The notes under the pieces: generated by a model
Told to the model about the DNA's origin: nothing
Databases searched by the model: none
The model's input: the letters and a program-made list of their open reading frames with translations, nothing else
Shown: positions 49,292-61,000 of the stretch, one piece after another
Position numbering within the stretch: position 1 is the stretch's first letter
How the letters are laid out: each line of letters starts with the position of its first letter
NCBI GenBank assembly: GCA_051294905.1
Contig: CM119372.1
Location: 14,200,001 to 14,264,000 of the forward strand
From: Botryllus schlosseri
Lineage: Eukaryota
Reading direction: 5' to 3'
Length of the DNA stretch: 64,000 bases
Made by a program: the position numbers and the translations under genes

Positions 49292-50161
49292 TCATGATTT
49301 GAATACATGGACACACTTAACAATGAATTGACGACAAATGGGACATTCATTTAGTCGCTTTCCACATGCTGTACAGGTTGTCATGTGTCCACAATCAAGT
49401 AACACGCAATCAATAGGTTCGTCCCAGCATATCTTGCAGATATTGCCGTCATCAGAGTCCACTTGTGACTTCATCTTATCATTGTACAAGCTGCGAACTC
49501 TATCCTGCAGCTCATTTTTCTCGACACAGCCCTTGTAGTTGATGAAATTATCATATAGGATTTGTTTAAGTTCACGGGATGTAAGTAGGACGATTTGATC
49601 AGTTGATGTTATGTCAGCAATGATAATTTTATTCGCCAATCCTGTTGGAATAGGACGTTTCACTGAGGTCTCGTCGTTACTAGTAGATTGCAAGTCTGGT
49701 GGTTGTCCCGTGTCCCCACTGCTGAAACCAAATCCACTGTTATGAGAAGCTTCCTCTGTTTCAGGATTTGATGTTGAATTCTGTTGAGTACTTGGTTCAG
49801 AAGTGTTTTGATTCTGTGGTAGATCCCTTCTTTGATGGGTGCTTGCACTTGCTGAACTTATTACTGGATTCTCACTACTAGTGACATTGTTTGGTTGGCT
49901 TCTCAGGATCACCAACTGGACAAGTTCATTCTTCTCATTATACAAGTGAACTGGAGTCCCTCGCACTGTTAAATAAAGCTTGAGATCCTTGATTTTGACG
50001 TTCATCAAACAGTCGTACTTCCACTGACAATCCAGCACATTTGCACAGGCCAAACATCGCTTCCGTACGATACAAGTAGTGCAAAAGTAATTAGTGCAAT
50101 AGTCACACTTTTTCTTCCACTTCAATATCGAAAAGTTGGCATTACAGTAAAGACAAGGCAT
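49292..50161 (-). CDS. RNF34: RNF34/RFFL (CARP)-like E3 ubiquitin ligase, single-exon CDS
   Basis: N-terminal FYVE-like Cys cluster, two SAP-like motifs (VKIKDLKLYL, RELKQIL...GCVEKNEL), C-terminal RING CKICWDEPIDCVLLDCGH...CPICRQ...HVFKS; RNF34 and RFFL cannot be told apart. Confidence 0.85.
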   Translation of the reverse strand: MPCLYCNANFSILKWKKKCDYCTNYFCTTCIVRKRCLACANVLDCQWKYDCLMNVKIKDLKLYLTVRGTPVHLYNEKNELVQLVILRSQPNNVTSSENPVISSASASTHQRRDLPQNQNTSEPSTQQNSTSNPETEEASHNSGFGFSSGDTGQPPDLQSTSNDETSVKRPIPTGLANKIIIADITSTDQIVLLTSRELKQILYDNFINYKGCVEKNELQDRVRSLYNDKMKSQVDSDDGNICKICWDEPIDCVLLDCGHMTTCTACGKRLNECPICRQFIVKCVHVFKS

Positions 50162-52513
50162 TTTAGAAGTAGGTATGTTCCATTCACAGTGAGATCAATG
50201 TTTGAAGAGCGCAAGATCAGCGGCCCACTTGCGACATTGAAGTGTCATTATTTTTATTAGCCTAACATTCTCAACCTGAAATGAATGTTATACATCATCT
50301 GCAAACTGCAATACAAGTTTAGGAACAAAATTAAAATAGCGAAATCCAACAATGAATGATGGTACTCGGATGGACCGTTAGTCTAAACATAAACAGCTAA
50401 TTTATTGGGTTGAAAGCCCCGTCGAAAAGTACTCTTTACCGTCCTGATTTCTCAAATATACCGGAAGAGCCATAACACACAGGCTCCAATTCCTCACAAT
50501 TACATTGTATTATCACTACATTGGCCGTGAAAACGGCAAATAAGGTTGAAATATGTCATTGAATAGCAACAAATGATAGTTTAAAAGTCCATACTCTAGC
50601 ATTAGAACTCCTATAATTCTATCGGCAGTGAAGCAGATCATTTGCAACATAAGGACACCAACCCTATCAGATTAGCAAACGCCATATGGTACAGTACAGC
50701 ATAGTGGGACAGGGTCGAGTCTAATCAATCATCACCACACAGGATTGTGATTCATTCAATCATTGGGAGTTAGATTAGCAGACTGCCGAAGATAGAACGA
50801 TGCGAGCTTCTGAACGACTGATTCGTGATAACGCCGATTAGCGATCCCTCCTTAATGACCAATGGTAATAACTGCCTCTTCGTTCAACTGTTAATACGAG
50901 TCACGACTTTACAAAGTAATTTCGATATCTTTACGTGGTACCGCTATCTCGGGATGTTTTGAAGTGATGTAATAATTAAACAAATTTACCAAAGCCGCCC
51001 TATTGTCTTGTCTGTCCGTCTGTCACTTTCATTTATGCCATCTTACTAGAGTACCTTGGTTAGTAACTATATAATCTTACTGGACTGGATGCCATCAACA
51101 TATTATATCAACCACGAACAGTCTGGGCTAATTTACGAGATCTCGGGATATAGCACAATAAAACCGGTGTGATTATGTATAATTACGATACGATATATGC
51201 CACTTGATGATCGCAATGGGGATTTAGAATATAAGGAACGGCTTATCTCGATGACGACATTTGTGAGTAGATGTAGATTCGGTCAACCGAATAGAATGCC
51301 AAAACTCCCTCAATATTGAGCGCATGACACTCAATAACTATAGAGAATGCGACATGCAAAGTTACCTAATATTTATAATTACTCAACGTCTCTAAGAACT
51401 ATGTAATGCGAGGTGACAATATCTACGATGCATCGACAGATCCAGCATCCATGATCAAAGACAAATAGACATTGCATCGTCGGATCACAGTTCGACTATC
51501 GAATGTAAACATAAATGAACACATTCGGTAGTTCGACCATAGTTCAATTACCTGCGTCGTTGTTTGAAATACGGTTCGACCGACAAAAGATATTGAAGCA
51601 TGACACATCTATACAACCGATGATGATAGGCACATCTGACAGAGGCGACTAATGTGCATTCGTTTAAGAACTTACGCGGGACTGTTGCATTGTATATATA
51701 TCATTAGGTTACCATACGTCCTCCTTTTTCAGGTTTTTGAAAATGTCTTCCGAGGACGGATGTCCCTCTTTTTGGTAATTCGTCCTCCTTTACAGCTTTT
51801 ACAGCTAAAATAATGGAAATGTTGAAATCGCTAATACAGCACGCTTCTGATATATTATATAATATGGATAACTCATGCAAAGTGATTGGGAGTAAGGAGT
51901 AATCTACTGCCATAGGACTAATTTCCAAGACCAAAATTACAATATAAAAAATAAATCTCGTTTTATTATAAGTAGAGCAGTCAGACAAATCATTAGCAAA
52001 AACATCATTGCACAGCACAGTATGCAAACACTGTGAACGGTCCACTGCTCACACCTACAGTTTGGTCACAAATTCATTGAATAATATTTGTAACGTTCCT
52101 CCGTTTTCTGAGAGTTCTTCTGCGTCTGCAGTAGGAGTGTGCCCTGTAATTGCTGGAATCGTGCCGTTTAGTCGCATATATAGCATTTTGTAGGCGACTC
52201 TGGTTTGTGCTGGGGTCTCAATGACGCTTTTTTGCAATCTGCAGGCCATTCTAACGTGCTACAAGCCTGATTATAATGACATTCATATTTCCGTAACAGT
52301 CTGCTTAGCTGAAGCTGAAGCGATTGCTGTAGAGAATGGGGAATAGTTTCGTCACTCGCTATATACTGGTGGATATAAATTGGCGATGTCATCATGCAGG
52401 CCACTTTTGTAATTTTAGTATGTATAATTGTATATATTAATACATGAATGTTTGGTTAGCAATGTAACGTTGGCTTCTTAGATCTTAGGATGGGGCAAGG
52501 GTCATGTTAGGGG

Positions 52514-53404
52514 TAGGACTGGGCACAATGATTCGAGTAGTAGAAGACGATTTTTTCGAGTATTGAAAATATTCTCTCCTCGCAACTGAAAAGGTAATTT
52601 ACTAACGAGAATTATAGTTTCGATACTATTTTTCACTGAGGTAGCCTTGACACCCCTGATTGGAATCTCGGTAGGTTTTGCCTGATATATCAGGGGAGCA
52701 TTGAAGATTCCTCTGTGAGCACAGACGATTTTGCTGTGAGACTATCTCGACACAGGTGATTCTGCTGTGAGACAATCTCGTTCCCTGTGAGACACCGAGG
52801 ATTTTCCTGCGAGAAAATCACCATTGCCAATAAGAAATACATAGGCCACCCGCACAAAAGTGATTTACTCGCAGGAAAATCCTCCCTATCACTTTTTGTC
52901 GAGAGTGATCTTCAAGAAAAACTATAGAGAGAATAGCGTGGGTAAGACAAGCAGTGAGCAGTGAGCAAGAGCCTCCCTGTCAGGTGAGCACGGGGGGCCA
53001 ATTCATGAGGAACATTGTGAGCAGTGAGCAAGGCACCCGGCAAGCCGTCAGGTGAGCACCAGCCACCGATTCCAAACGGGTGACACCTTGATTGGCCGTG
53101 TCGCTGCATACGAGACAAAGGACAAAGCTAAGAACGTTACTGGAAATACCACATTTCCGAAGACATGATCATCCCACAACATTGTCAAAAAATGCAATGA
53201 ACTCGGTATGGTCGAAAAAATATTAAAGTATCTTTAATGCGACGGATAACAGGCATTATATTCTTTGTGGTAGCATAAAAGGTACATATTTGAACTTTGA
53301 CGTAGTACATTTTGTTGTGAAGTAATAATAACGAATACTCGAATCGAAGCGTAATACGTTATTCAGAATCGAATCACTCAGGTACTCGATTTTGGCCAGC
53401 CCTA
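52514..53404. mobile_element. TAGG(G/A)CTGG hAT-like non-autonomous element just upstream of EML
   Basis: taggactggg ... gccagcccta; exact TSD gttagggg. Confidence 0.82.
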
Positions 53405-53610
53405 GTTAGGGGTGTTACATGTTGTATCTACATTTTACTGCTATACTTTTAATGTTATATAGTAGAGGATGTTGGAGACTTTAATTTCAGTGATGTGATT
53501 GACCAGACCATAGTTAAAACTTTGTGATGAAGCCTGTAATGGATCGGATATTATATCAGCTCATTTCCAACTTGGTGTTTTCTATAAACTTCACAGCGTA
53601 ATAAGCTAGA

Positions 53611-56600
53611 ATGTCGGACAGAACTGCTCCTGACGTTCAACTCCAGTTAGACTGGGTATATGGATATCGTGGGCATCAATGTAGAAACAACTTGTATTAT
53701 ACGTCGACACGAGAGATCGTATATTTTGTTGCTGGAGTTGGAATTGTTGTCGACCTCAAACGACAACGTCAAAGATTCTTTCTTGGCCATGATGATGACA
53801 TCATATCGTTAACCATACATCCCGATGGTTTGCATGTTGCTACCGGTCAAGTGGGTAAGGCTCCATACATATGTATATGGGATCCTTGCACTATCAAGAC
53901 TGTATCCATTCTAAAAGATCAACACACTCACGGAGTATCCGCCTTATCCTTCAACAAGTCAGCTGACCGCTTGGTTTCCGTCGGTTTGGATCCTAACAAT
54001 TTGATTGTCGTGTGGGATTGGCGAAAGGGGCGAATGCTATCAACTGCCAAAGGGCATAGTGATAGAATATTTGATGTTGGTTGGAGCGCACAGGATGCCT
54101 TTGTCACATGTGGTGTGAAGCATGTGAAATTTTGGAGTTTATCCGGAAATTCGCTGACCAATAAACGCGGCATATTTGGGAAGACTGCTGAAATGCAGAC
54201 AGGTTTATGTGTCAGGTGCCACAACGGAGGCTTAACTTACACAGGCATGCTGTCGGGTGACGTTTATCTTTGGGAAGGAAATATTTTGCAACGGATTATC
54301 AGCATCTGTCATGTAGGCGGGGTCTTTACAATTCACTCGTCTGTTGATGGTTTCGCTACGGGAGGTAAAGACGGAAATGTTAAACTTTGGGACGTCGCTT
54401 TCAATCCCTTGACGTGTATAAATCTCAAAAAGAGCGCCGTCGGCTATAAAGGCATATCGATGAGAGCCGTATGTTGGCAAGGCACCCATGTTCTCGCTGG
54501 TACTCGTGACGGAGAGGTATTTGAGATCTTGGTCCGTGACCCAGCACACCCTAACGTCATCACAAACGGGCACGGTGAAGGTGAAATGTGGGGGCTTGCA
54601 GTTCACCCAAAGCAGCTCTTTGTCGCCACAGGGAGTGACGATAAAACTGTGAGAATTTGGAGTATTCGTGATCGCGCTCTTCTGGTCGCTTGCAGCTTAC
54701 CTGCGCCAGTCCGGTCTTGCACACTCTGGGGCGACCTTGTAGCTGTCGGATGCATCGATGGTCTCGTGAGGGTCTTGAAGAGCAAAGATACATCGACGGT
54801 AGTGGAAATACACGAAAGGAAAGAAGCGGTCCATGAAATTCGATTTTCCCCTAACGGCACTTATCTGGCTGTAGCGAGTAATGATAACTTTGTCGATATA
54901 TACAGCGTGCAGCAAAAATACCATAAAGTTGGTGTGTGTGGTAAATCATCAAGTTTCATCACGCACATCGACTGGTCAGCAGACGAACGTTATCTGCAAA
55001 CTAATGACGGCGCTGGCGAGCGTCTGGTTTACTCCATGCCGAGAGGTTCTCACGTCACCGAAGCTGATTTGATCAACGCCGTCAAATGGCATTCTTGGAC
55101 TGGTGTGCTAGGCGGCGAGGTCGATGGAATCTGGCCGAAGTACTCTCAGATCAACGACATCAACACCGCTTGCGCCGATAGGAAGCTAGGAGTGGTCGCG
55201 ACTGGAGATGACAGCGGCTTGGTGAAGTTGTTCAAGTTTCCCTGCGTCAAAAAGGGAGGAAAGTTTCGTAAGTACGTGGGACATTCGTCTCACGTGACGA
55301 ACGTCCGTTTTACTCCGGATTCTCAGTGGCTGATGTCGGCCGGTGGTGCCGATCACGCTTTGTTTCAATGGAAAGTGGTGAACCCGGCTCAATCGGGTGA
55401 TGTTCCAGATGGATTGCAACCGCAAGCTTCCGAGGCATACTTGGACTCCAACAGCGAAGACAGCGATTCGTCGCTATCCAGCGTCGCTGAACTAGATTCC
55501 GAGGTGGAGAGAGAAAAGGAAGCGACCTATGAGCGCTCGGTCGATAAGAGAGAAGTGAAAAGAGCAAAATCACGCCCGAGCGGGTCGAACAAACGTGACG
55601 CTGCGCCTGCAGAAACTAGTTTGGCATTAGACTTTGTTTTTGGGTACAGAAGTCACGATTGTAGGGACAATATATTCTACACCGAGAGTGGTGATGTTTT
55701 GTATCACGTAGCGGCGTTGGGTATTGTAATGTCTCGCGAAACCCGTGCGCAAAGCTTTTACACCGGTCACGACGACGATATATTGTGTCTAGCCCTGCAC
55801 CCTTGCAAGAATTACGCCGCTACCGGCCAAGTCGGCAAAAGTCCGCAAATACACGTTTGGGACGCCAGCACCATGAAGACGATATCGATAGTGCAAGGGT
55901 TTCATTCACGAGGTGTTTGCAGCGTCAACTTTTCCCACGACGGCAGAAAGCTAGCATCAGTCGGTCTGGATAACGATCATTCCCTGGCTGTATGGGATTG
56001 GAAAAAAGGAGAACTATTAGCGAGCGCCAGAGGACACCAAGACAAAGTGTTCTCCGTCAAGTTCGACCTTATCAATAGCGAAAAACTGGTCACAGTCGGA
56101 ATCAAGCATATTAAGTTTTGGCATCATGTCGGCGGCGGTCTGACGAATAAGCGAGGTGTGTTCGGAAACGCGGGCAAGCCCGACACTATTCTTTGTATCA
56201 CGCAGGGAAACCAAGCCGGTGTCGTGTTCACAGGCGGAGCAAACGGACAGGTTTATACATGGAACGGAAACACTTTGTCTAGAGCTCACAAGGCTCATGA
56301 TGGGCCTTGTTTCGCAATGCACGCTTTGGACAAGGGGTTCGTGACAGGCGGTAGAGACGGTGTCATCTCTCTTTGGAATGAGAGATTCGACAACTGTCTC
56401 AAGTCGTACTCTCTCACGAATCAGAGCCTCGCCACGACTGCGTACGGCAGTATGTTGGACGACAATCCGTCGATCCGAGCGGTCACTCTCGGTCACAAAA
56501 AAATTCTCGTAGGAACGAAGAACAGCGAAATCGTAGAGGTTGATAAGGATGGATCCATTACCGTGCTGACGCAGGGCCATTGCGAGGGGGAACTGTGGGG

Positions 56601-59496
56601 TTTGGCTTCACACCCCGTTAAAAGTGAATTTGCGACCGTGTCTAACGACGGCACGGTACGCACGTGGATTGTAGCTGGCGGTGATGGGCAAAGCTATCGA
56701 CATTCTTGCATCTTGGCGAGGCGTTTGCATGTCGGTGGAAAATGCTGCGCTTACTCTCCAGACGGGTCTGCGATAGCGGTTGGCTGTAACGATGGTAGTT
56801 TTGTCGTGGTGAATTCTACGACTCTGGAAGACATGGTGAAGTTTCATCCAAGGAAAGAACCGATATCCGACGTTCGGTTCTCTCCTGGCGCTGGTAAATA
56901 CCTGGCTGTCGCTTCTCACGACAATTTTGTCGATATCTACTCTGTGAATGGCAGCAAAAGAGTTGGCGTTTGTAAGGGCGCGTCAAGTTACATCACTCAC
57001 ATCGATTGGGACGAATCGGGAAAATTGCTTCGTGTCAACAGCGGCGCTAAAGAACTTCTGTTCTTTGAGGCGCCTAGAGGAACCCGTCAGACTATCAGCG
57101 AAGATGCTAACATCGCATGGGCCACCTGGACAGGCGTGCTGGGCAAGCATTGTGCTGGAATCTGGCCGCCCTACAGTGACGTGACCGACGTTAACGCGGC
57201 GTGTTTGTCGAAGGGGCAACAACTCGCTACTGGCGACGACTTGGGGCTCGTAAAGCTGTTTGCGTTCCCCGTTCTCAACAAACACGCCAAATTCAAAAAG
57301 TATACAGGCCATAGCGCTCACGTTACAAACGTCCGATGGAACTACGATGGGACTCTTTTGGCTTCTGTTGGTGGCGGCGACACGGCCTTGTTTATTTGGC
57401 GCAAGAACAGCATCAAGTTGCAGGCCGGTGGCGAGGATTATCTCGGCATACCGACCGACGATGTCCCGGTGTCTGCAGTCGGACTACGTTATCACGGCGA
57501 GAGCGAAGACTCCGACACCGATTCAGAAGAGGAAGGAGGCTATGACAGCGACGTCGCACACGAGAAGAATATGGATTACGTCGATAAAATTTACAAGGCA
57601 CGTGATATGAAGGGCGTGAAGCTGCATAAGGAGAGTAGTGGGAAATCGGAACCGCTCGTGAATCGCGCGTTGAAACAGAATCCCAAACTAAAAACGCGTG
57701 CCGGGCTTGCGTTGAACAAAGTCGGGTCTCTCGCATTGTCGCATATATTTGGATATCGTGGTTTTGATTGTAGGGATAACTTGCATCACGTCAACGAAGG
57801 GATAGTGTATCACGCTGCAGGTGCGTGTATCTATCACAACCTCAGCACATCGCAACAGTCGTTTTACTTGGAACACACTGACGATGTGACAGCGCTATCA
57901 GTCAATAGAAATCAAAAGTATGCAGGAATCGTCGCTTCTGGACAGTTAGGTGAGACTGCTGCCATCCGGGTTTGGGATTTGGAATCTAAAGAAACAAAAG
58001 CGGTATTAAAAGGCCCGCACCGGCGCGGCGTTTGCTCACTCGATTTTAGCGGTTCCGGGAAGGTTCTACTCTCTGTCGGGTTGGAAATGGAACACTACGT
58101 GGCGATTTGGAGATGGCAGGAAGGCCAGATAGCGTGCAAAGTGTCATGCTCGCCACGACGCGTGTTCCGCGCTATGTTTCGCCCCGATTCCGATTTCCAA
58201 TTTGTGTCGGTCGGCGTGAAGCACGTACGTTTTTGGAAGTCTTGCGGAGGTGCCGCTGTGGGGAAACGTGGTGTCTTGGGTGTGATCGGCGAAACAAAGA
58301 TGCAGACTATGTTGTCGATTGCTTTTGGCGCCGGAGACTATACCTTTACAGGCGGTATGAACGGCGATGTGTACGTGTGGAGAGGACGTCAGTTGAACCG
58401 GACCGTACCCCGTGTACAGGATGGCCCCGTCTTCAGCATGTTCACCACTCTTCAAGACGGCTTGATAGTGACGGCCGGCAAGGATAAGAATAAAGAGAAC
58501 GGTTCAATGGTGAAGCTTTGGGATCAGGAGATGCGACGTTGTCGCGAGTTTCTCATCCCATCGAGATGTGCCAAATCTGTGAGCAGAGCGAAAGGCAGGT
58601 TGTTTGTGGGCACCAAAGACAGTCAGGTGTTTGAGATCGACGAAAAGACAGGCGCGTACTCGGCCTTGGTGAGAGGACACGAAGAAGGGTTGCTTTGCGG
58701 AGTAGCGGCGCATCCAACTTCGCACGTGTGCTGCACGGTTTCTAAAGACAAGTCGGCGAGATTGTGGGATTTGAACGAAAGGATTTTGTTGCAGAAGATA
58801 CGCTTGTCCTCCGGAGGCACGGCGTGTGCTTTCAGTGGAGACGGTGCTTATATCGCAGTTGGCATGGAGAACGGTCAAGTCGAGATATATGACGCTAGAA
58901 ATTACGGAGTGGTCGCGACGAAACGCGACCGCGGAGGGCAGATTAACGATCTACGATTCAGTCCGGACTGTGCCATTTTAGCGGTGGCGTCTGCCGATCA
59001 GTGCATCGATTTGTACAAATTTGGAGACTGTTCGCTTCAAAAAGCCGGATACGTCAGAAACGTGACTGCTTTGCAACTGGATTTTGCGACTAGCGAATCT
59101 GTGATTCAGGTCACGACAGCAGAATATGAGAGGCGTGCGTTTCGTGTTCCGGGCGGAGAAGAAGTGACCGATCGATCGGTCGTCGATAAGCTGACCTGGG
59201 ACACGTGGACTTCGACGGTTGGGAATGAGGTGAACGGGATATGGCCCGCGAACGCGGAAAAAGCAGATATCAACACGGCCCACGTCTCTAACGCAGCGAA
59301 TGCTATCGTCACCGGCGATGATAGCGGATTCGTTAAGCTGTTCGACTTCCCGACTAGCGAAAAGTTTGCTCAAAGTGTAAAATTCACCGGACACTCTGCT
59401 CATGTGACCGGTGTCCGATTTCTCTGCGACGACAAGCAGCTGGTGTCCACGGGCGGGGAAGACTGCTGCATTTTCGTGTGGCAATGTCATCCTTAA
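53611..59496 (+). CDS. EML6: Echinoderm microtubule-associated protein-like 5/6 (three HELP-WD40/TAPE units), single-exon CDS, 1961 aa
   Basis: MSDRTAP...WVYGYRGHQCRNNLYY start, three GYR..CR.N HELP motifs, many WD repeats, acidic linkers; full expected length; probably co-orthologous to EML5 and EML6. Confidence 0.92.
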   Translation: MSDRTAPDVQLQLDWVYGYRGHQCRNNLYYTSTREIVYFVAGVGIVVDLKRQRQRFFLGHDDDIISLTIHPDGLHVATGQVGKAPYICIWDPCTIKTVSILKDQHTHGVSALSFNKSADRLVSVGLDPNNLIVVWDWRKGRMLSTAKGHSDRIFDVGWSAQDAFVTCGVKHVKFWSLSGNSLTNKRGIFGKTAEMQTGLCVRCHNGGLTYTGMLSGDVYLWEGNILQRIISICHVGGVFTIHSSVDGFATGGKDGNVKLWDVAFNPLTCINLKKSAVGYKGISMRAVCWQGTHVLAGTRDGEVFEILVRDPAHPNVITNGHGEGEMWGLAVHPKQLFVATGSDDKTVRIWSIRDRALLVACSLPAPVRSCTLWGDLVAVGCIDGLVRVLKSKDTSTVVEIHERKEAVHEIRFSPNGTYLAVASNDNFVDIYSVQQKYHKVGVCGKSSSFITHIDWSADERYLQTNDGAGERLVYSMPRGSHVTEADLINAVKWHSWTGVLGGEVDGIWPKYSQINDINTACADRKLGVVATGDDSGLVKLFKFPCVKKGGKFRKYVGHSSHVTNVRFTPDSQWLMSAGGADHALFQWKVVNPAQSGDVPDGLQPQASEAYLDSNSEDSDSSLSSVAELDSEVEREKEATYERSVDKREVKRAKSRPSGSNKRDAAPAETSLALDFVFGYRSHDCRDNIFYTESGDVLYHVAALGIVMSRETRAQSFYTGHDDDILCLALHPCKNYAATGQVGKSPQIHVWDASTMKTISIVQGFHSRGVCSVNFSHDGRKLASVGLDNDHSLAVWDWKKGELLASARGHQDKVFSVKFDLINSEKLVTVGIKHIKFWHHVGGGLTNKRGVFGNAGKPDTILCITQGNQAGVVFTGGANGQVYTWNGNTLSRAHKAHDGPCFAMHALDKGFVTGGRDGVISLWNERFDNCLKSYSLTNQSLATTAYGSMLDDNPSIRAVTLGHKKILVGTKNSEIVEVDKDGSITVLTQGHCEGELWGLASHPVKSEFATVSNDGTVRTWIVAGGDGQSYRHSCILARRLHVGGKCCAYSPDGSAIAVGCNDGSFVVVNSTTLEDMVKFHPRKEPISDVRFSPGAGKYLAVASHDNFVDIYSVNGSKRVGVCKGASSYITHIDWDESGKLLRVNSGAKELLFFEAPRGTRQTISEDANIAWATWTGVLGKHCAGIWPPYSDVTDVNAACLSKGQQLATGDDLGLVKLFAFPVLNKHAKFKKYTGHSAHVTNVRWNYDGTLLASVGGGDTALFIWRKNSIKLQAGGEDYLGIPTDDVPVSAVGLRYHGESEDSDTDSEEEGGYDSDVAHEKNMDYVDKIYKARDMKGVKLHKESSGKSEPLVNRALKQNPKLKTRAGLALNKVGSLALSHIFGYRGFDCRDNLHHVNEGIVYHAAGACIYHNLSTSQQSFYLEHTDDVTALSVNRNQKYAGIVASGQLGETAAIRVWDLESKETKAVLKGPHRRGVCSLDFSGSGKVLLSVGLEMEHYVAIWRWQEGQIACKVSCSPRRVFRAMFRPDSDFQFVSVGVKHVRFWKSCGGAAVGKRGVLGVIGETKMQTMLSIAFGAGDYTFTGGMNGDVYVWRGRQLNRTVPRVQDGPVFSMFTTLQDGLIVTAGKDKNKENGSMVKLWDQEMRRCREFLIPSRCAKSVSRAKGRLFVGTKDSQVFEIDEKTGAYSALVRGHEEGLLCGVAAHPTSHVCCTVSKDKSARLWDLNERILLQKIRLSSGGTACAFSGDGAYIAVGMENGQVEIYDARNYGVVATKRDRGGQINDLRFSPDCAILAVASADQCIDLYKFGDCSLQKAGYVRNVTALQLDFATSESVIQVTTAEYERRAFRVPGGEEVTDRSVVDKLTWDTWTSTVGNEVNGIWPANAEKADINTAHVSNAANAIVTGDDSGFVKLFDFPTSEKFAQSVKFTGHSAHVTGVRFLCDDKQLVSTGGEDCCIFVWQCHP

Positions 59497-60614
59497 TTTC
59501 TGCGTTTGAGGTGGCCGCGTGCGAATGTAATTACTCTGCTAAGATCTACCGGTATCTTCGAGGCTGTCAATTATCAAAATCATAATTATGCATCTTGTTT
59601 CGTGTTTTTGTATGAAAATTGTAAATCTCTGATCCCGTCCAGCATGGTGGTAACACTAAACGTGTTTTAAACTTTGGTAGCACAACATAGCGCTATTAGA
59701 ATTATGCATTGTATCAATTCAAGTTTCGTAGGTTGAATGTTTGTAACGTGTTAGAAAATACACATCTTTTTCTGTAGCTATATTAGTTCATTGATTCATT
59801 ATAGCTCATTGTGTTTTAGCCAAATTCCAAAATGTGATATTTTCTACTTCGTAATCGTTTTTTAATATTTTACCAAAGTATGTAGTGTATGTAGTCTGTT
59901 TCTTTGCGTTACCTCAAGTATTTAGAGAGATAGTGCTTGTGCGAGACACAGTAATATTCCTTATACGCATCTACCTAGTAGTTTACACTCCTGTGGGTCA
60001 TTATATTTTTGTAAGAAGTATCTGCATTATGCATTTCATATATACTTATACACATATCATATTTCTTGTTTTAGTTTATCATGCAGTCTCCTTGGAAGAT
60101 CAATAACTGTGTATGTTTGATATTCCCAAACACAGAAACACAACCAAGGCTCACTCTCATAATATGTTAAATCGGTAGATGATTTATTTGTTTACATTAC
60201 CAGACAACAACTTTCACGAATCGAATATGCTTGGATTGTGTAATAATTGAAAATGTATGTAAAACTTTATTAGCTGATAGTATCAAAAGTAAAATTTTAA
60301 TTATACATCAGATTGTGCATTTCATCGTGACTTCAGTTGACAGACAGTAGACATCATGCGACAGCACCCAGCATATCTTCATTCATTCCTAAACTTTGTG
60401 GAAGGTTTCTGTTGTGCAACTTAGCTCACTGTTATCATCATGCGGGTCATGTTGTCTCACAAAGCTCCCACCCACTGTAATCCTATGCAGAAGCTGGAGA
60501 CCATATGAATTTCGTCATTATTACACCTTGGCATTGAGGTATATTGTTGAAGAAGCATATCTCAAAAGCTAATATACGGAAATTATGAACTATACACACA
60601 GACTATAAAGAAAA

Positions 60615-60941
60615 TTAATTCAGGGGAATCGGCGAATGTTTAGAAGCTTGCTTCCTGGAAATGTAACAGTGTGAGGTCAACAGACCAATGAACAATGTTG
60701 CCAAAATTAAGCACATGCTAAATAGGATGTAGATGACACGGTCAGCTTCTTCGGGTGTCAAGTCCAAGCCGATACCGTTGCCGATTGAAACTGGATCTGC
60801 AGTGCACTCCTCTGTTAACTTGGTTATTCGCCTATTGCTGTCATCGATACTGCCGTTGCACACTGATTCTGCACAAGGTATTAATCTCAGAAAATGCTTC
60901 CATTGAACGGGATGGGGGTCACATTCATCATTGATAAGTAT
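60615..60941 (-). CDS. Terminal exon of a single-pass membrane protein; upstream exons not identified
   Basis: tttatag acceptor, then 109 open codons ILINDECDPHPVQWKHFLRLIPC...VIYILFSMCLILATLFIGLL...PLN*; AATAAA on the minus strand at ~60183 and ~60266. Confidence 0.55.
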   Translation of the reverse strand: MLINDECDPHPVQWKHFLRLIPCAESVCNGSIDDSNRRITKLTEECTADPVSIGNGIGLDLTPEEADRVIYILFSMCLILATLFIGLLTSHCYISRKQASKHSPIPLN

Positions 60942-61000
60942 CTATAAATTCTATTAGCAATACACAAGTCGCACAACATTGTTAGCAGTAAAAAATTAAT

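Noticed and set aside
53928..59490. Many antisense and alternate-frame ORFs over EML, ZZZ3 and GOT1
   Set aside because: Shadow ORFs of long coding regions with no recognisable motifs
60615..60941. Naming the terminal exon as a lysosomal acid phosphatase
   Set aside because: Only vague Cys spacing and TM similarity; no catalytic motif in the window
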